DNA of 63,998 nucleotides, the filler included, from Diploschistes diacapsis (Eukaryota): the NCBI GenBank assembly GCA_023645945.1. It is 8 parts of 8 records of this genome, joined end to end, with 100 filler letters (N's around TTAATTAATTAA, not from the genome) between each part and the next. Parts side by side here need not be neighbours in the genome. Positions count along the whole stretch, not along the records: positions 36,804 to 61,627 come from JALAIB010000229.1; 7 more parts are not named here. The stretch is one strand, 5' to 3'. A program made the position numbers and the translations under genes. The notes under the pieces were generated by a model. It was given only the letters and a program-made list of their open reading frames with translations. It was not told where the DNA came from and did no database searches. Shown piece after piece: positions 38,155-51,877 of this stretch. Position 1 is the stretch's first letter. Every line of letters starts with the position of its first letter.

Positions 38155-39078
38155 TTAAGCGCATGCCTCGACCGAGTGGGAAATTGCACTCTCTCTGGGA
38201 GGAGGCGTTGATGGCACAAGCTTCTCCGTGACGGGTTCGCGGACCATGATATCCAGGCTGACGTACTTCTTGGCCCTGCGGAGATGGATCTGCTTGGTGG
38301 GCTCGAAACCAAACTTGCGGTAGATTGCAACGTTCACCACGTTGCTACTTTCGAGGTAGCATGCACGAGATTCGACATCGGCCTATCGATCACCGTGAGC
38401 TAATTGGAAATACTGAGCGAAACAGAGCAAAAGGGACTCCTCTCGCACCTTCTTCGTGACTTCGGTGATGAGGCTTTTAGCCAAACCCTTGCCCCTAGCT
38501 CTTGTGTGAGTGCCTATATACACAAGATACCAGGAACTTGCATCTCTCTCCTTCAGTACCTCTGCCTTCGTGGTGTGGAGCAGCGGCATGAATTCTTTGA
38601 AGAACCTGGCCCGACCTTCTTTTGATAGCAGCCATTCAAGCCGTATCCTTTGCCTCCAGAGTCCCATCCTAACAATAGTCAACCAGCCGTCCATCTTGGT
38701 ATCGGGAGGCATCCACAGCGCCACTGCGTCGAAAGTACCGCCGTTCGTAGGGTCACCAATGGCTTGGACAAGGCCGCACTTGATGTGGGCAAAGGTCATG
38801 ACCTGGAGGATCTTGACGTGGAGAGCCCACTTCCGCTCCTTGCTCCAACTAGCTGTATCAGGACAGTCTAGGAAATAGGTAGCAACATCGTCGACCGCAA
38901 AGGCATCGGCGAGACAAGCGGCTGCCGCCTTCCATTCAGAGGCTTCGACGGTTCGAACTCGAGTTGCTGGATCCTTGTTGGTTGTCGAGCGAGCACGGAC
39001 CGCGGAGAAAGATCCGGTCAATCTGGACGAACTTGATCCGATGGACTCGATGGTTATGGCTTTCGTAAATTTATTCAT
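38155..39078 (-). CDS. GNAT-family N-acetyltransferase
   Basis: AAACLADAFAVD, AVALWMPP, acetyl-CoA motif YLVYIGTHTRARGKGLAK. Intron ~38383-38448, then CYLESSNVVNVAIYRKFGF. Start uncertain. Confidence 0.85.
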
Positions 39079-40589
39079 CTTCACTCGATACTCGCTATTT
39101 GAGACTGATTGCAATTGCTGCTGTAAGCTAGAGCATTGGGCTGTCAGTGTACGGCGAACGCATGGTTGCTGCGATTTCGAGTTTGCAAAATCATGCTACA
39201 GGCACACATGGGCCATTCGTGAACAGTACAGAATACGACATTTTTGATACCGTCCAAGAATGGGCTTTCTGCTAGCCTGTAGGGACATCGAAGGACATGA
39301 CATTGCCACATAAACGCATGAAGCATACATTGAGCGTACCTGGATAGTTCAAGAGCTAGAACGGGCAATGTTAGCAGAAGAAGAGAAAAAGCACCAAATT
39401 TGCATCGAGCATGCAATGCCTCATACTCATAATCCCTACCTTCTGTTTCAATTGATACTACTATCAAGTGGCCTTGTGAGCTCTCCGGTATGCACCTTGG
39501 AGAGCTGAGATCTCGATATCGATTCGAATCGAGATGGATAGCGAAGGCAGTTGAGACAGTTGCGTGTATCAACCGACATCTACTCGTTTTACTCGAATAG
39601 ATCGTCTAAGCTGAGTGGAAGAGAGGGTTCAGAGGTTGTCTATGACCTTGAGCCTATCTTCGACTGCTGGCGGGGGGGGTAAGAGTAAGTGTTTTGCTGG
39701 ATTCTGTAACAGGACAGTAAGATAGTGCCAGTCTCTATCGGGGTAGCAATGGTTTGAGGGGGGAATCAGAGCCTCTGTTAACAATGGTACACAATTTTTG
39801 ATAGAAGAATGTCACCATCAATAAGCTGAGGGGCTTGTCGAAGATTGTGTGCAAGAGCCTGATCAACGATCAATATTATTGAATAGCCATCAGGAGAGTG
39901 AACAGGAGAGAGATTGGAGTAGGGAAAGCCGGGATATAAAATAAGGCTCGATGTGCGGAGTTTGTCAGATGGAGGATGCCCCCCATTGTTGGTCTTACCA
40001 TATACGGACAAATGTGCGTGGGGGGTACCGCAAGGTTTGGGCGAGATACTGCAGGCTCATCTTCACGTCTGTTGGTCCGGACGGGCACCGACTTCTCCCA
40101 CTTGGAGGCACGAAGGATCAACGTCGAGAACGTGCATGAACATGATTTTGAACCAAGAAAGGTCATGCAGTTGAATCTCTCCTCGCCGATTTTTATTTCG
40201 AGTACTTTGCTCGAGGAACTGCTGGGCACTCCGCAACAACTGATCCATACTATACACTTCGATATCTAGTCGAGCGTCTTAGCATGCAATAACAGCTTGC
40301 AAAGTGCATAAAATAGCATTTTCTCGATTCCCAACCGCGCGAGCGCTCAATTCAGTGCCATGCATGCATGCAATCAATCCGCTAAACGAGTGCCTTTGAG
40401 CACCCCTGACCGAATCCCCGTGTCACCGGTCGTGACCCATCCCATGGTCTTAGAGAGCTCCACGGTGCAGTAGCCTGTCTTGTCCTGCGGATAGCCGAAT
40501 GGCAACCAGCATATAGCGTAGCGGCTACTTTTCATCCGAGCAAGTATGTACTGTCGAGGGTCGGTCAAACCCGGTCAGTACTGCCACGT

Positions 40590-42157
40590 TCAGCCTCTCC
40601 CTCTCCGATTATTCCAGCCCTCCCCAAGGATGAGCTCTTGAACCCCCTCCCTCGCCGCGCCCACCTTCCCGGCAACGCCAAGGATTCCACCCTCGAAGTC
40701 TCTCAGCACACTGGCCAGCTCCCGGATCTGCTCGTCCGCGCTCCTGACTCCCCCGTCGCGTCCATGGCTCATCCGCGCGGCCTGTACCTGCGCAGACTGG
40801 TGGCCTTCCAGGCTTGACAGGTAGGACTCGACCTCGCGTAGGCTCTTCGTAAGGCCGCTCAGCTTGCGGCCCATGTCGTCGGCTTGTTTCGAGAAATAGG
40901 ACACCAAGTCCGCCGACTTGTCGTCCTCGGCAGAGAGCGACTTTGGCGCATTCACCGCCGCAGCGTTCCAAGAGCTCGAGCGATGGAACTGCGCGGGGAC
41001 GCGGAGACTGTGGATGGCTTTGAACGAGAGCCTTGCGTCTTCGACCTCGCTTTTGACCAGATCTCTGGCCGAGTCGATCGCTGCGGCATCGTTTTCGAGC
41101 GCACGTTCGTACGCATCGAGCTTCCGTGCGCAGTATTTTACGTCCCCTGGCAGGTGTGTGATTCTTTCTCCGACGCTGGGCAAGACGGATTCGCATTCCG
41201 CCTGGAGCTCCATCTGCTTGAGTATGAATGCGTCTATGGATTCTATTTCTTTCTGCAAACCTTCGTGCAGATCATTGAACCGTGTTGTCGGCTTGAGGTT
41301 GGAAAGATCGATTCGTACACCAGGAACGGTTTGCTGCGCGGCCGTGTATTGGCCTATGCTGGCAGAGAACACGGATCGCTGTGTCTGTTGCGGTGGGTTC
41401 AGCGTTGATATTCGTGATTGTTGGAACGGCATTTGCTGTGTGTTTTGCGAGCCTCCGCTGCCGCAGGTTAGCGTGACATGCGCATTCATGAGAGAGAAGA
41501 TACTGCCTACAACAAACTTTGTTGCTGGGTCGCGCCACCAACTGAATTATTATTATTCTGCTGCTGTTGGCCTTGCTGATTCTGGCCGAAAAGAGAGGAC
41601 CCAAAAGCTCCACCGCCCTGCTGCCCTTGCGTATTTGTAGCGCCGAAAAGGCCAGTATTCTGCTGCGGCTGCGCCATGCTTGCCCCGAACAGACCTGACG
41701 TCTGCTGAGGTTGCGAAGTGAGGGAGCCGCCGAACATATTGTTCTGCGGCTGCGAAGCAGCAGTGTTGCCAAAGAGGTCCAGAGACTCTGGCTGTGATGT
41801 AGTGGGATTTCCAAAGAGACTCGTCTGCGATTTCGAGGTAGCAGTGCTCGAGAAAAGACCTCCACCGAAAGGAGCAGTTGACACGGCAGCCAAGGCTGAT
41901 CCTCCGAACAAAGTACCGGCCTGCGAAGGCGCTGAAGATGTCGCAGCGGAAGAAGCACCAAAAAGGCCTCCTTGCTTTGTGCTCAAGAACCCACCGGATT
42001 GCGGTTGGGTGACATTGTTGCTGCCGGACCCGCTGCATTCCAGACTATTAGCAACGCTTCTCACGAAAAGAACGGGGCTTGCTTACAACGTGTTGGCGGT
42101 ACCGGTGTTGATGCTTAGTCCGGGACCGCTACTTTGGGACCTCTGTTGACCAAACAT
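40590..42157 (-). CDS. NUP49: FG-repeat nucleoporin, Nup49/Nup58 family, 3 exons
   Basis: GLFG/SLFG repeats followed by GVRIDLSNLKPTTRFNDLHEGLQKEIESID and a coiled-coil C-terminus. Two GT-AG introns. Confidence 0.8.
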
Positions 42158-43279
42158 CCTGTTTCAGAGGTTCGGGCAAGCTTGTGAGCTCTTGCGCTCG
42201 AGGCTCGAGGTCGTTAGATTACAAGTTACAACAACGTTTTGCTACGGGTCGCGTCGGCCATAAATTGAACATCACCCCTCTTTTAGACTAGGGTGATGGC
42301 TGGCCTATTCTCGCGCGATTGGCGCCCACCCTCATCTATCATGCGTGATGCCTAGGTATATAGTTTCAGTATTCCTCATTTTTACTTTCAGTGAGTACAC
42401 TACTTCGTGTTTGTTGTTTAGGTAAGGTCAGGTAAGACGTATTGGCGCATTAAAAGTTTTACGTTCTTTAGAGCGGGAGCAAAAATTCGGCTTACAAGCT
42501 CTGGGCTAGCCCCCATCGAAGCGAAGTTCTAGGTATCTTCCCATGTGCTCTCTGAAACCGATTTGCTCTGGAAGCCAAAAACTGTGAACGGAAAGTATAA
42601 TTAATTACCTATGCTTCTCCATCGTAAAGGAGATATTGATGATTGCCGGGATACATTTGCTTTGCCTAACAACCACCGCCTGAAACGAATATTGGGCTTC
42701 GAGGGCACGGGAGCATTCTCGTCTATCAATTAGACGATTATTACCGCCATGATTCTGGCGAACACAAGCCGTTCGAACATAAGAACATATGCGAGGTGTC
42801 GATATAGTTCAATTCCAAGTTGAAGATAAGTAGGTGCCACACTCTTTTAATAAAAGTTGATCATTGCCCATCTTAGCTACAGATCCCAGATCATAGCCAG
42901 TTACAAATACAGGACTCGCTCCTGAAAGGACGCCCCAGTTTCCCATTGTCAGCCGCCATCTATATCGTACCAGTCTCAGTCGTGAACTATTGGTGGTCGT
43001 AGCCGTAAACCTCGTTCCGCTCGTAGTGCGAGGTGAGGTTCCATGGGCCTTGATGGGGCCCAATAAAACATTACATGTGCCATCTTGAATGGCTCCCTGG
43101 TCCATTCTCTCCATGCTCCGTAAGTGCGTCCATTTTCTTCCCTAGAAATGCAAGCGCCAACGCTATGGTTCTCATCAATGGTGACGGAAAAATCAGAAAG
43201 GAAAAAGAAAAAGAAGTTGGGCAAAAAAAGCAACAGACCAACCACCTCGCCCCTCCCTTACACAATCTACACTTTTTTT

Positions 43280-46200
43280 TCACCTTGCCCCCAGATTCAA
43301 GAAAGCCTCTGGCACTTTCGGGACCTCGGGACTACCTGGAGCCTGGGACTTGCTCCGCAGTCGTGGCCCCTGACCTCGTAGCAGCTCCCGTTGACCGTAT
43401 TCCTTTCCATCCTTTCCACATTCCTTCCCGTACTCCTTCCCGTCTCCCCCGATCGCGCCCACGGCGTTCCTCTTCGCCGCCGCACTCCTCGCTCTTCTCA
43501 CGACACCCTCGAGCACACTGGCGGCCGCGCCGCCTTGAGAGCCCATCGTACTACGCTCGTCGTCGGAGAAGACGCCGTCGTCTATGGACTCTGGTTCTCG
43601 GGTGACCTGGGCAGTGGTTGTGGGGTGGTTATTTGGAGTGGGGTTCGAGGAGGATGTTACGGAGCGAAAGTGGAGCGCAGAGCGGGATTGGAGCGGTTGA
43701 GAAACGGAGCCTGTGTCGGCATACGGGCCGTTCTGGTATGTGCCATTGTAGATGCCATTGCTGTAAGAATTTGGGGTAGGTGCAAAACGACTGCTGGCGT
43801 GATTCTGCAAGGCGGTCTGGGGTCGGGAGTCAGTGTAAGGGCTGTGCAGGGAGCTGGTACTAGGCATCCGGCCAAGGGCATTCTCGAGGATCGGGGCTGT
43901 TTGCTGGTCATAGAGGTTCGCGCCAGCGCGGTCGGTCTCTGGGCTGTAGCTGTAGCCGGTGATAGTAACGTCGGAGTAGGTGCTGAGGTACTTGTTGTCC
44001 ACGGAAGGATCGTCGTCAAAGAAGTCATCAAGGCTGTCAAGCTTGGAGACTATGTCGCCTGTATTGTCGTCCAGATGGCTGATGTCGTCGAGCATGCTGG
44101 TCTCGTTGCGGTCGATAGCAAAGTAGGAGCCCGAGTGGAATTCTTCGGTGTCGAATTCAATCTCTGGTGTTGCGACTGCTTGGGCTTGCTCCGCGGCTGA
44201 GCTTGCGCAAGTATAAAACACAGCGTGAACGTTTGTTCGGGTGATGTTGGAGTTGATTGCCGGCATAGGAACTGACCAGCCCGTAACCTCAGGAATGCCG
44301 TACAAGCTCTTTGTCCTGTCGAACTCTTTGCGCATGTTCCTGGAGTCCGCGGACACCATGCTCATGCGCAAGTAATGCTTGTCGTCTGGCGTGGGAGTCA
44401 AGGACGTGATTTGGTCCATGACCTCAAGTGCTTTGTTACAGTACTGCGTCTGCAACAAGCGAAGCAATGGCGAGATCAAGTCTGGTCCCAAGGAAACAAC
44501 CTCTGGCGAGCGCATGTCGATCTGAGGTATCAACACCAACAGCGTGTCGATTACATTAAAGATCAACCATGGCAGCCGATTCGTCAGCAACCCTATCAGG
44601 AAGACGAGACTTTTGAGCTCTGTTCTTGGAAAGAAAGCCTGTTCAACGGCTTTCAATATGGCGCGTAGGAAAACGTCTTTCGATAAGTAGCGACCATGAT
44701 AAAAGTCGGTCAGTACTCGTGATAGATTCTGCTGATCATCTGCCTCGGCGGCAGTGGCCAGCACGTCCGCGCTCTCGATATCAGGCCTTTCGGTCTCTTT
44801 CGGATCGAAAACTCGTAGGTACCCTGGAAGATTTGCGAGGACGCTAAATAGTAAGCGACGCTCGTCACCAATCAGATTACTATTAGGCAAATTGGCCGTT
44901 TTGTTAACAATGACCATCGTTTTCGGGAGCGAATTGCCGGACTTCAGTCCCTTGTAAATGAGAGGCATAATGCCCTCAAAGGTTCCCTCCCACTTCTCCG
45001 GTTGGGCTTCCTTGAGGAGCCTTACCACCGCTGGGTCTGATAGATCCACTTTCGCAAGCAAGACATCCAGCAACTCCAGCGTCTCGATAAATTCTCGCTC
45101 GTTGACCGTATTGAGGCAAGCACACGTAACCCAGAAGAGTTGTGGAAACTTAAGTAGGTCTGCCCCTTCGAGAGCTCCGACGATAGCCCGCAAAGTGGCC
45201 AGGATCTCCATCGAGAAGCTCTGCACTTCTGGAGCTTCGTCCGCAATCGTGTTTGAAAGCCTAGCAAGCATATCTGAAAGCATGGGCTTGTCGAGCGACT
45301 GCAACATGCAGCGAAATATCTGGAATGACCTGCAAGCAACGTGCCGAACGGAGCATGAAGTTGCCCAGTTCAACGTAGTCTTTGCCCAAGACTCATGTAT
45401 ATTTGGATAAGCGATGGAAAAGACATCGATCAGTTGATTGGTCACATAAGTCATGGCCGTGGGAACCCGAGTTCCTCCTTGATCGTCTTTGCTGTCGCTT
45501 TCTTGATAGTTCCAGGAGATTGCGGGCTTGGATCCCCGTATGGCCTCGACAAAGTCTTCAATGTCGCGCTTCTTAGGCATGGTCACGTCGTCGTCAATCT
45601 TGGATATCACGAGCTCGTGAATCAGATGAACCAGCATCTCGCGGGCCTCCTCTTGCACAAGGGGGGTATAGTGATCCCAGTAGACCAGGCACACCTGCAG
45701 CAGAAGTGGGACATGATCGTTATCAAGCTTAACAGGGGATACCATAAGGTCGACAAGCAGGATGAGGGACAGTTGTCCAAGAGAGAAGCCCGACTGCTTG
45801 TTACCAATCGGAAGTGCTTCGCCAAGATCAGCAATGTACGGCAGGCCTAACACGTCCGGCGGGATTTCCAAAGGCTTTTTCTCAGTATGAACCATGTTTT
45901 TCGGCGTGATCTGTAAGAGGAGATACTCGACCACCTTCTCGCCAGCGGGCGTGCTGGAGAGGAAAACCACAATCTGCTTGACATAATCGACGAAGCTCTG
46001 TTCGCGCCTGTCCATACAAAGCGAGATGACAAAGTCCAGAACAACCTGAACGTTTCCGCCATGCGGGCCAGTGGCCACTGCTTGCCACAGGGCCTGGATC
46101 TCGTTATGCAAGGAATTTGTCGACCGAGTTGTGATTTCTAACAGGTTTGCCAGAAACATATAAGTCTGAACCGTCGGGCTTCCGTTGGGCTCAAGCTGTA

Positions 46201-49200
46201 GCTCGATGACCTGGATCCAAGGAAGGATGGAAACAATCATGTTCCGCTGATTGTTCGGGGGGATGCCTTTGTAATGCAACGCGAATTGGGAGAATACGAA
46301 GAAAGCTTGATCTGAATGGCTTTTGGCGAGCCGCTTTGAAATCTCGAATTGGGCCAACCGGTATACAGCAGTAGTCTTGTCAGATATGCTGATGTCGAAA
46401 TCCTGGATCTTGGAGTTCTTTTGCAGGCGTTGTTCGAATGTCCGTAGCAGCCGAGCAGATTTTAATCGGATGGCGCTCTTCTCATTGCCAAGGTTGAAGA
46501 GGACAGACACCATGACTCTCCAAAACGGGAGCGGGTAGTCAACGTTCTCGGTCAAGACGGAAGAAACCACATCAAAGTAGCTTTCAAGCGCTTTGGGTCG
46601 GGTGAGATTGAAACACATGTCGATCGCATGCTCCAGCAGTCTGGGATACCCTTGGTTGTGGACGATAAAGTTCTTCAACGCCCTTCGACCGATCTGATGT
46701 GGTTTGTCCACATCGGTACCAAACACCAGTCCTATCCAAGCCATGATACGAGAAACGTCAAAGCTGAGGCTTTGTACGATGCGTCCATCTGAAACGACTT
46801 GCACGCTGACGGGACCGGACTGCATCAAATTAGCAAGATGGATCAAATTCACGGGTGGTGCAAGCAGAACTAACACATAAGGAAGCCATCGCACTCAAGG
46901 CCGCATTACGGAGCTCCTTCTTTTGTACTTCGACGATCCTTTCGCTCATATCATTATGCTGATTCAAGGCCGACTGCTTCATGCTCTCCTCACGCAAGGA
47001 TATCTGACTTTGGTTGGGCGAAAACCCGCACCAATCCTCCATCAGGCCGAAAGAGCCCTTGCGATCATCGAAGGACAGATACCTCGATGGTTCCGGGGTC
47101 TTGTTGATAGCCTCGAAAACCTCTTCCATAAGGCCGCAGTAGTGCTTCCTCAACGTCTGAAACTCCCAGTCGTCTTGAACTTCCGCGTCGCTCAAGAATC
47201 GTCTCATGCTATTGGTGTAAGTGACAAGGTTTCTTACGATCCATTCGTCTTGCAAAACTTCATCCACTTTCAAAAAGCGTGACGTTAGCTTATAAATATG
47301 AGTTACCTCCGTTCGTAACCTGTCAATTGATCGATCAGGCCGAGGCGCGCTTCCTGTTCGCTGGTGCGCATTGGCACGAGCTCTTACGGCTTCATTGCAG
47401 CTTGTCACGGCATACTGTAGAGACTCGAGCAACGTTCGATAAAGACTTGTTCTGATTGATCCCAAGGCAATGACTATAGCATCTCGAATCGAATTGGAGC
47501 TGGCTCCCAACAGCGGTATGATGTACGAAAACAAAGCTCTCGCGTTGAGGATCTTGTCAATCCTCTCGGGGCCGCCAGGGCTTTTCGAGGATTTGCTCCG
47601 CGCATGTTGCAGCTGGCTCTGGGTTCGGGCGCCGGTATTGGTCAATGTAGTGCAGGCCATCACCAGATACAGCCTCCACTGCTCAATGTAGTTTTCTTGC
47701 ACCGAAGAACCCACGCGACCCTGAGAACGATCGGACGCTCCAGGTTGCTGATTTTTTGGGCCGTCCGCAATGCTGAAGATCGTGTGGTGCATTTGCAGCA
47801 ATCGCGCGGAGATGATCTCGCGCCCGACGGTGACGGCGAGCTGACATTGATCAAAGCTCAAGCGGATGACGTTTGGGAAGACTTTGAACCACAAGGTCGC
47901 GTCGTACGAGTCATTTCCGATACATAGCTCCACCAGCGCCAGTCCCGGCCCTTTCCTGCCCTTTCCTTTCTCCAGCCGACTTCGTTCGGCGACATCGAGG
48001 CGATCGTCGTTGGGCTGTATCACTTGGTAGATGTCTCCTTCGAGTATCTGAATAATACGGCGGCTTTGATGGCCCAAGGCAACGTCGAATTCGGTGACCA
48101 GCTTCAAAACGTTCACGCCATAGGAGCGAATTTGACGTGAACTGGAACACAGGAAGAAAAGTCCGTGTGATTCGATCTCTTCCACCAGAGCTGTCTGATG
48201 CGTGATGTCCAGCGTAGTTCCCCGAGCGCTTAGCGGCATATCAATAGGAGAATCTACGTGTCCGGCATTCTTAGTCTTGCCCTTTATCTCTTCAAGCCAA
48301 ATGCTCAGCAAGTCTACGTAGAGCTGCAAAGTCCGTTGTATATGCCCTGGGCCGAGTAGTCCATCTTCGGACATGAAGGAATACCGGCCATCCAGGTTGA
48401 ACAAAAACTTGGCAAACCCACTGGCGACAGCTTGCGCTTGCGATTGTCGAGCGATGGCCTTGAGAGAAATTGCAGCGGAAGAAGCAATGTGTTGCTGGAG
48501 ATGGGCAGTACCCGTGCACAGGAGGTTCGTCAATGGCTTGAATGGGATATTGTTCGAGAAGCACCTCGGTAGGGCTCGGATGGAAACATGCAAAAGATCG
48601 TAATAACTCTGTTTGACCTCTTGGGTCAGCGGTTCATCTTTGCGCCCAAAGCTGAAACCCTCACTAATAGGAGTCTTTGGAGTGGAGCCGCCTAATCGCT
48701 CTTCTAGAGTAGCTTGACCACCAAAGGTATTGTCGCAGATGAGCGTAACCTTACCAAGCACCTCACAGAACTTGGCATAGTAGTCTCTCGTAACCTGATC
48801 GAGTTTGCTAGTGACGACCTTCCTTGCAAATTCGTCCTCGTTACACATCGAGCGCGGTCTGACATGGCCCGCCGAGCGTGGAGAATGCAAGATGCCCGCG
48901 TCTAGCGGATATGATCGCCGTCCTTGTAAATTAAAGGCCGGGAAAGCCGGAGCGCCTCTTTCTTCCCGGTGCTCAATATCGTCAAGGATGGCCAAGAACG
49001 ACCGGATACCGATCACGATCCGGTCCGGTTCAAGCTGCTCTACCTTGATATCTCTTCCAGAATTGAAGAGATCGAAGTTAATCATGAGGAAAACCATCGC
49101 TTTGAAGCAAAACTCGGGGAATCGGAAGCCAATGATTCGAGCGAGCTCAACGATTGGATCAGCAAAGGCTGGATCCGCGGAAACGGGTTGTTTCTTGCTG

Positions 49201-51083
49201 CTCGGTATAATAACCTTGATAACCTCTTCGAGTTTTCGAAGAACAACGTTCCGATCTCGGTTTCGGTCAAGATACGTCCAGACCAGACGCGCGATCGACT
49301 GGAGAGCCAATGCTCTGGTTGCCTTGTCTTTCAATTTCGGTGTCAAAACGGCAAACGAAGACTGCCATTGATGCAGAAAGTGTTCAGACGGCGACGCGCA
49401 AAGGAGCATAGTCGAGAGAGGGGACGCCTCAGGCCAATGTCGAGGCTTTGTCAGCATCGCAGACAAGCGACTGTTCAGGACGTTCATGAACTCCCGCCAT
49501 CTTGGAGCAGCCAGCAGAAGCGGGGTAGAAGCTGCTGCGATTGGCATGACGAGAAGCTCCAGAGCTTGACAGTATGCATGTTTGATCGGCTGGCCATGCG
49601 AGCTCGAGAAGATCTGAGCGAGGCTGTACATGAAGTCGCAAGACTCGCGCCATTGTATCTCAGTTCTTGTACCGATACTTGTGTATGCAAGAGCCTTGAC
49701 AAGCAATTCCAGCTTGGCGGAGTTCTCTCTCGCTTCCTTGGAGTCTTTTGGCAAAGAGCCCCTGTCTGCTTCCTCTTGTAGTCTTTGTAGCCTCTGGACG
49801 AACCGCTCGGAAACACCAGAAAAGTGGACATTGCTCATCGCTCCAAGGACTTGGCCGTAGACGTTCCAGTTGGCATGCGAGTAAGGTGATGTGTACACTT
49901 CATCCGGCGAAAGCCGAGCCAATTGGTCAAAGACGAGGTCTTGCAGCTTCCTATCCAGGCCGTCTCCTATCCAGTCCATGCTGCTTTGCTGATAGACCTC
50001 AATGAGTACCCGCATAATCAAATAGATGGCGAGCGCCAGCTTTCGTTCTTCTTCATACACCCTCTCCATCAATTTTGCTTCCGTCATAACTGGTTTCCTA
50101 TCTGCCGAGCCGGACCCATCCTGCAATGCTTCGGCATCGCTTTGATCGGCGCGTCGACGAGATAAGGAGCGCACATTGGGATCTCCATTCCTGAAAGCGA
50201 TCAGATGCTGCTGGGCTGCATGGACCGCTTCACTCTTGGATTTCCTCCAAAACATAACGGTATCGACGAGCGCCTTTGGTTTTTCGCGATTCATATGACC
50301 CATGGCAGAAATCAAGGCGTCAAAGTCCGGATCTGCGCCAGGGCCGCAAATATCCTCAACTCGAGAATGAGGCTCGGGAATTCCTTTCGCACATTTTCCC
50401 ATCTTGTGCTCGGCTCTTCCAACAAACGAATTGAACAAGTGGTGCAAGGAGTAATCGGCCACCGATTTTTGCTCCGATTTGTTGGAACGAGACCGATTAT
50501 GCTCCCGACGGCTGATATCCCGGTTGTCATTGTTCGGAAAAGCCCCTTCGACGATTGAGCTTGGTGTGAGCGTGGTGATCGAGGGGGTGCCATGAAGTGT
50601 GCCAATCGAAGTACTGGCCGTTGAACCTATTGAACCGTAGCCTCCATAGTTCTCACTGATGGGTGGTGGTGGCGCGTAGTTATTGAAGAGCGGACGCGTG
50701 CCGAGCTGCTCGGGGCTCGTAACTTGCGGACTACGGTCGCTGTAGCCTGTCGAATTGGCTTGACTGTTGTTGCGAGAATGCTGCAAGCCTTGAATAATCG
50801 AGGTCTGCCTGTTGTGCCCATAGTTGCCAGATCCCCTTCTTTCTCTTTCTGTGTCCGCGGTGCCAGGTCGACTTGGAAATTCGCCACCACCGGTGCCTAT
50901 TCGGGGTGACAATGCTCGGGCAGAAAAAGCAGGCTGGGTCTGAACGCTCAAAGTACCGCCTGTGGTAGTGAGAGTTGGGTTCCTACCCCTTGTGACAGCT
51001 TGATCACGACCGTAAGAGTTGTGAAGCGGGCCCCCATTCATCAGGTTCACCTGCCTCGGTCTGGCAGGGTGTACTCCAGCCAT
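43280..51083 (-). CDS. TAO3: Cell morphogenesis scaffold Tao3/Pag1 (Furry/Mor2 family), 2 exons
   Basis: ~2600-aa helical protein with LHHLFNSFV, LMEDWCG and WATSCSVRHVACRSFQIFR motifs. Intron 46820-46874 joins ORFs 46830-51122 and 43280-46894. Confidence 0.92.
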
Positions 51084-51877
51084 GATGCATTTCACGTCGA
51101 TGATCACACTTCGATCAGGCACGGCATGGGTGGAGGAGATCTGGCCTGCAGGTGCCCACCAGATAGGCGCGAGGGAAGATTTGATTTGACATAAGTGCCT
51201 CTTCTTTGTCAGCAGCTTTAACTGGGGAACTCTGCGGCGGATTCGAGACGATCAATAATCATGGAACGAAACGTTCCTGATGGATTAGAAGTTGAATGAG
51301 ACGGCACTTTGCTATTCCTAGCCGTGGCGGGCGCAGGGGGGGGGGGGGTGGATGTGGGCTGCGGAAAGGAAGCCCTCGCACAGAAGACTTGGGAAATAAA
51401 AACTGGTCTTTTTAGCTAGCTGACTACTAGGTGCATGACTGTCGCTTTTTTAGGGCATCCCTCACAGCCCCCTTACCGTAGTGCACAACGGGGTACCTGA
51501 CTAATAGACTATTAGCTACTAAGTTACTAGTTATCGCGGAGATCGGCACCCGATCTCTGGGTGACTTTGCATGAATATGATGCTTAGGCTTAGGCATAAA
51601 GGGGTGGGGAAGAGATATCTGGAGTACAGACTATCATTGCCACTGCCTGCTCCTTTGGTTCCTTCAAGTCGTTCCCACGGCTCATTATATATACGTACGC
51701 GCGCGCGGTGTTGAACGCTTTTCATCTTTTAATACATGATGTGCGATTTCCACAATCCCTCCGAAAGACCTCCCTCTTTCCCCCTCTCACATCTTGCAAC
51801 CCCGTCGTAGTAGCCCCATACTTTCTCTCCGTCTCGACAAGACTTCTTATGGAACCCTCGACACAATAAGCCCCTTT

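Noticed and set aside
39876..40269. Short ORFs between the GNAT gene and the nucleoporin
   Set aside because: Similar-length ORFs occur on both strands with no family signal, so they are likely chance.
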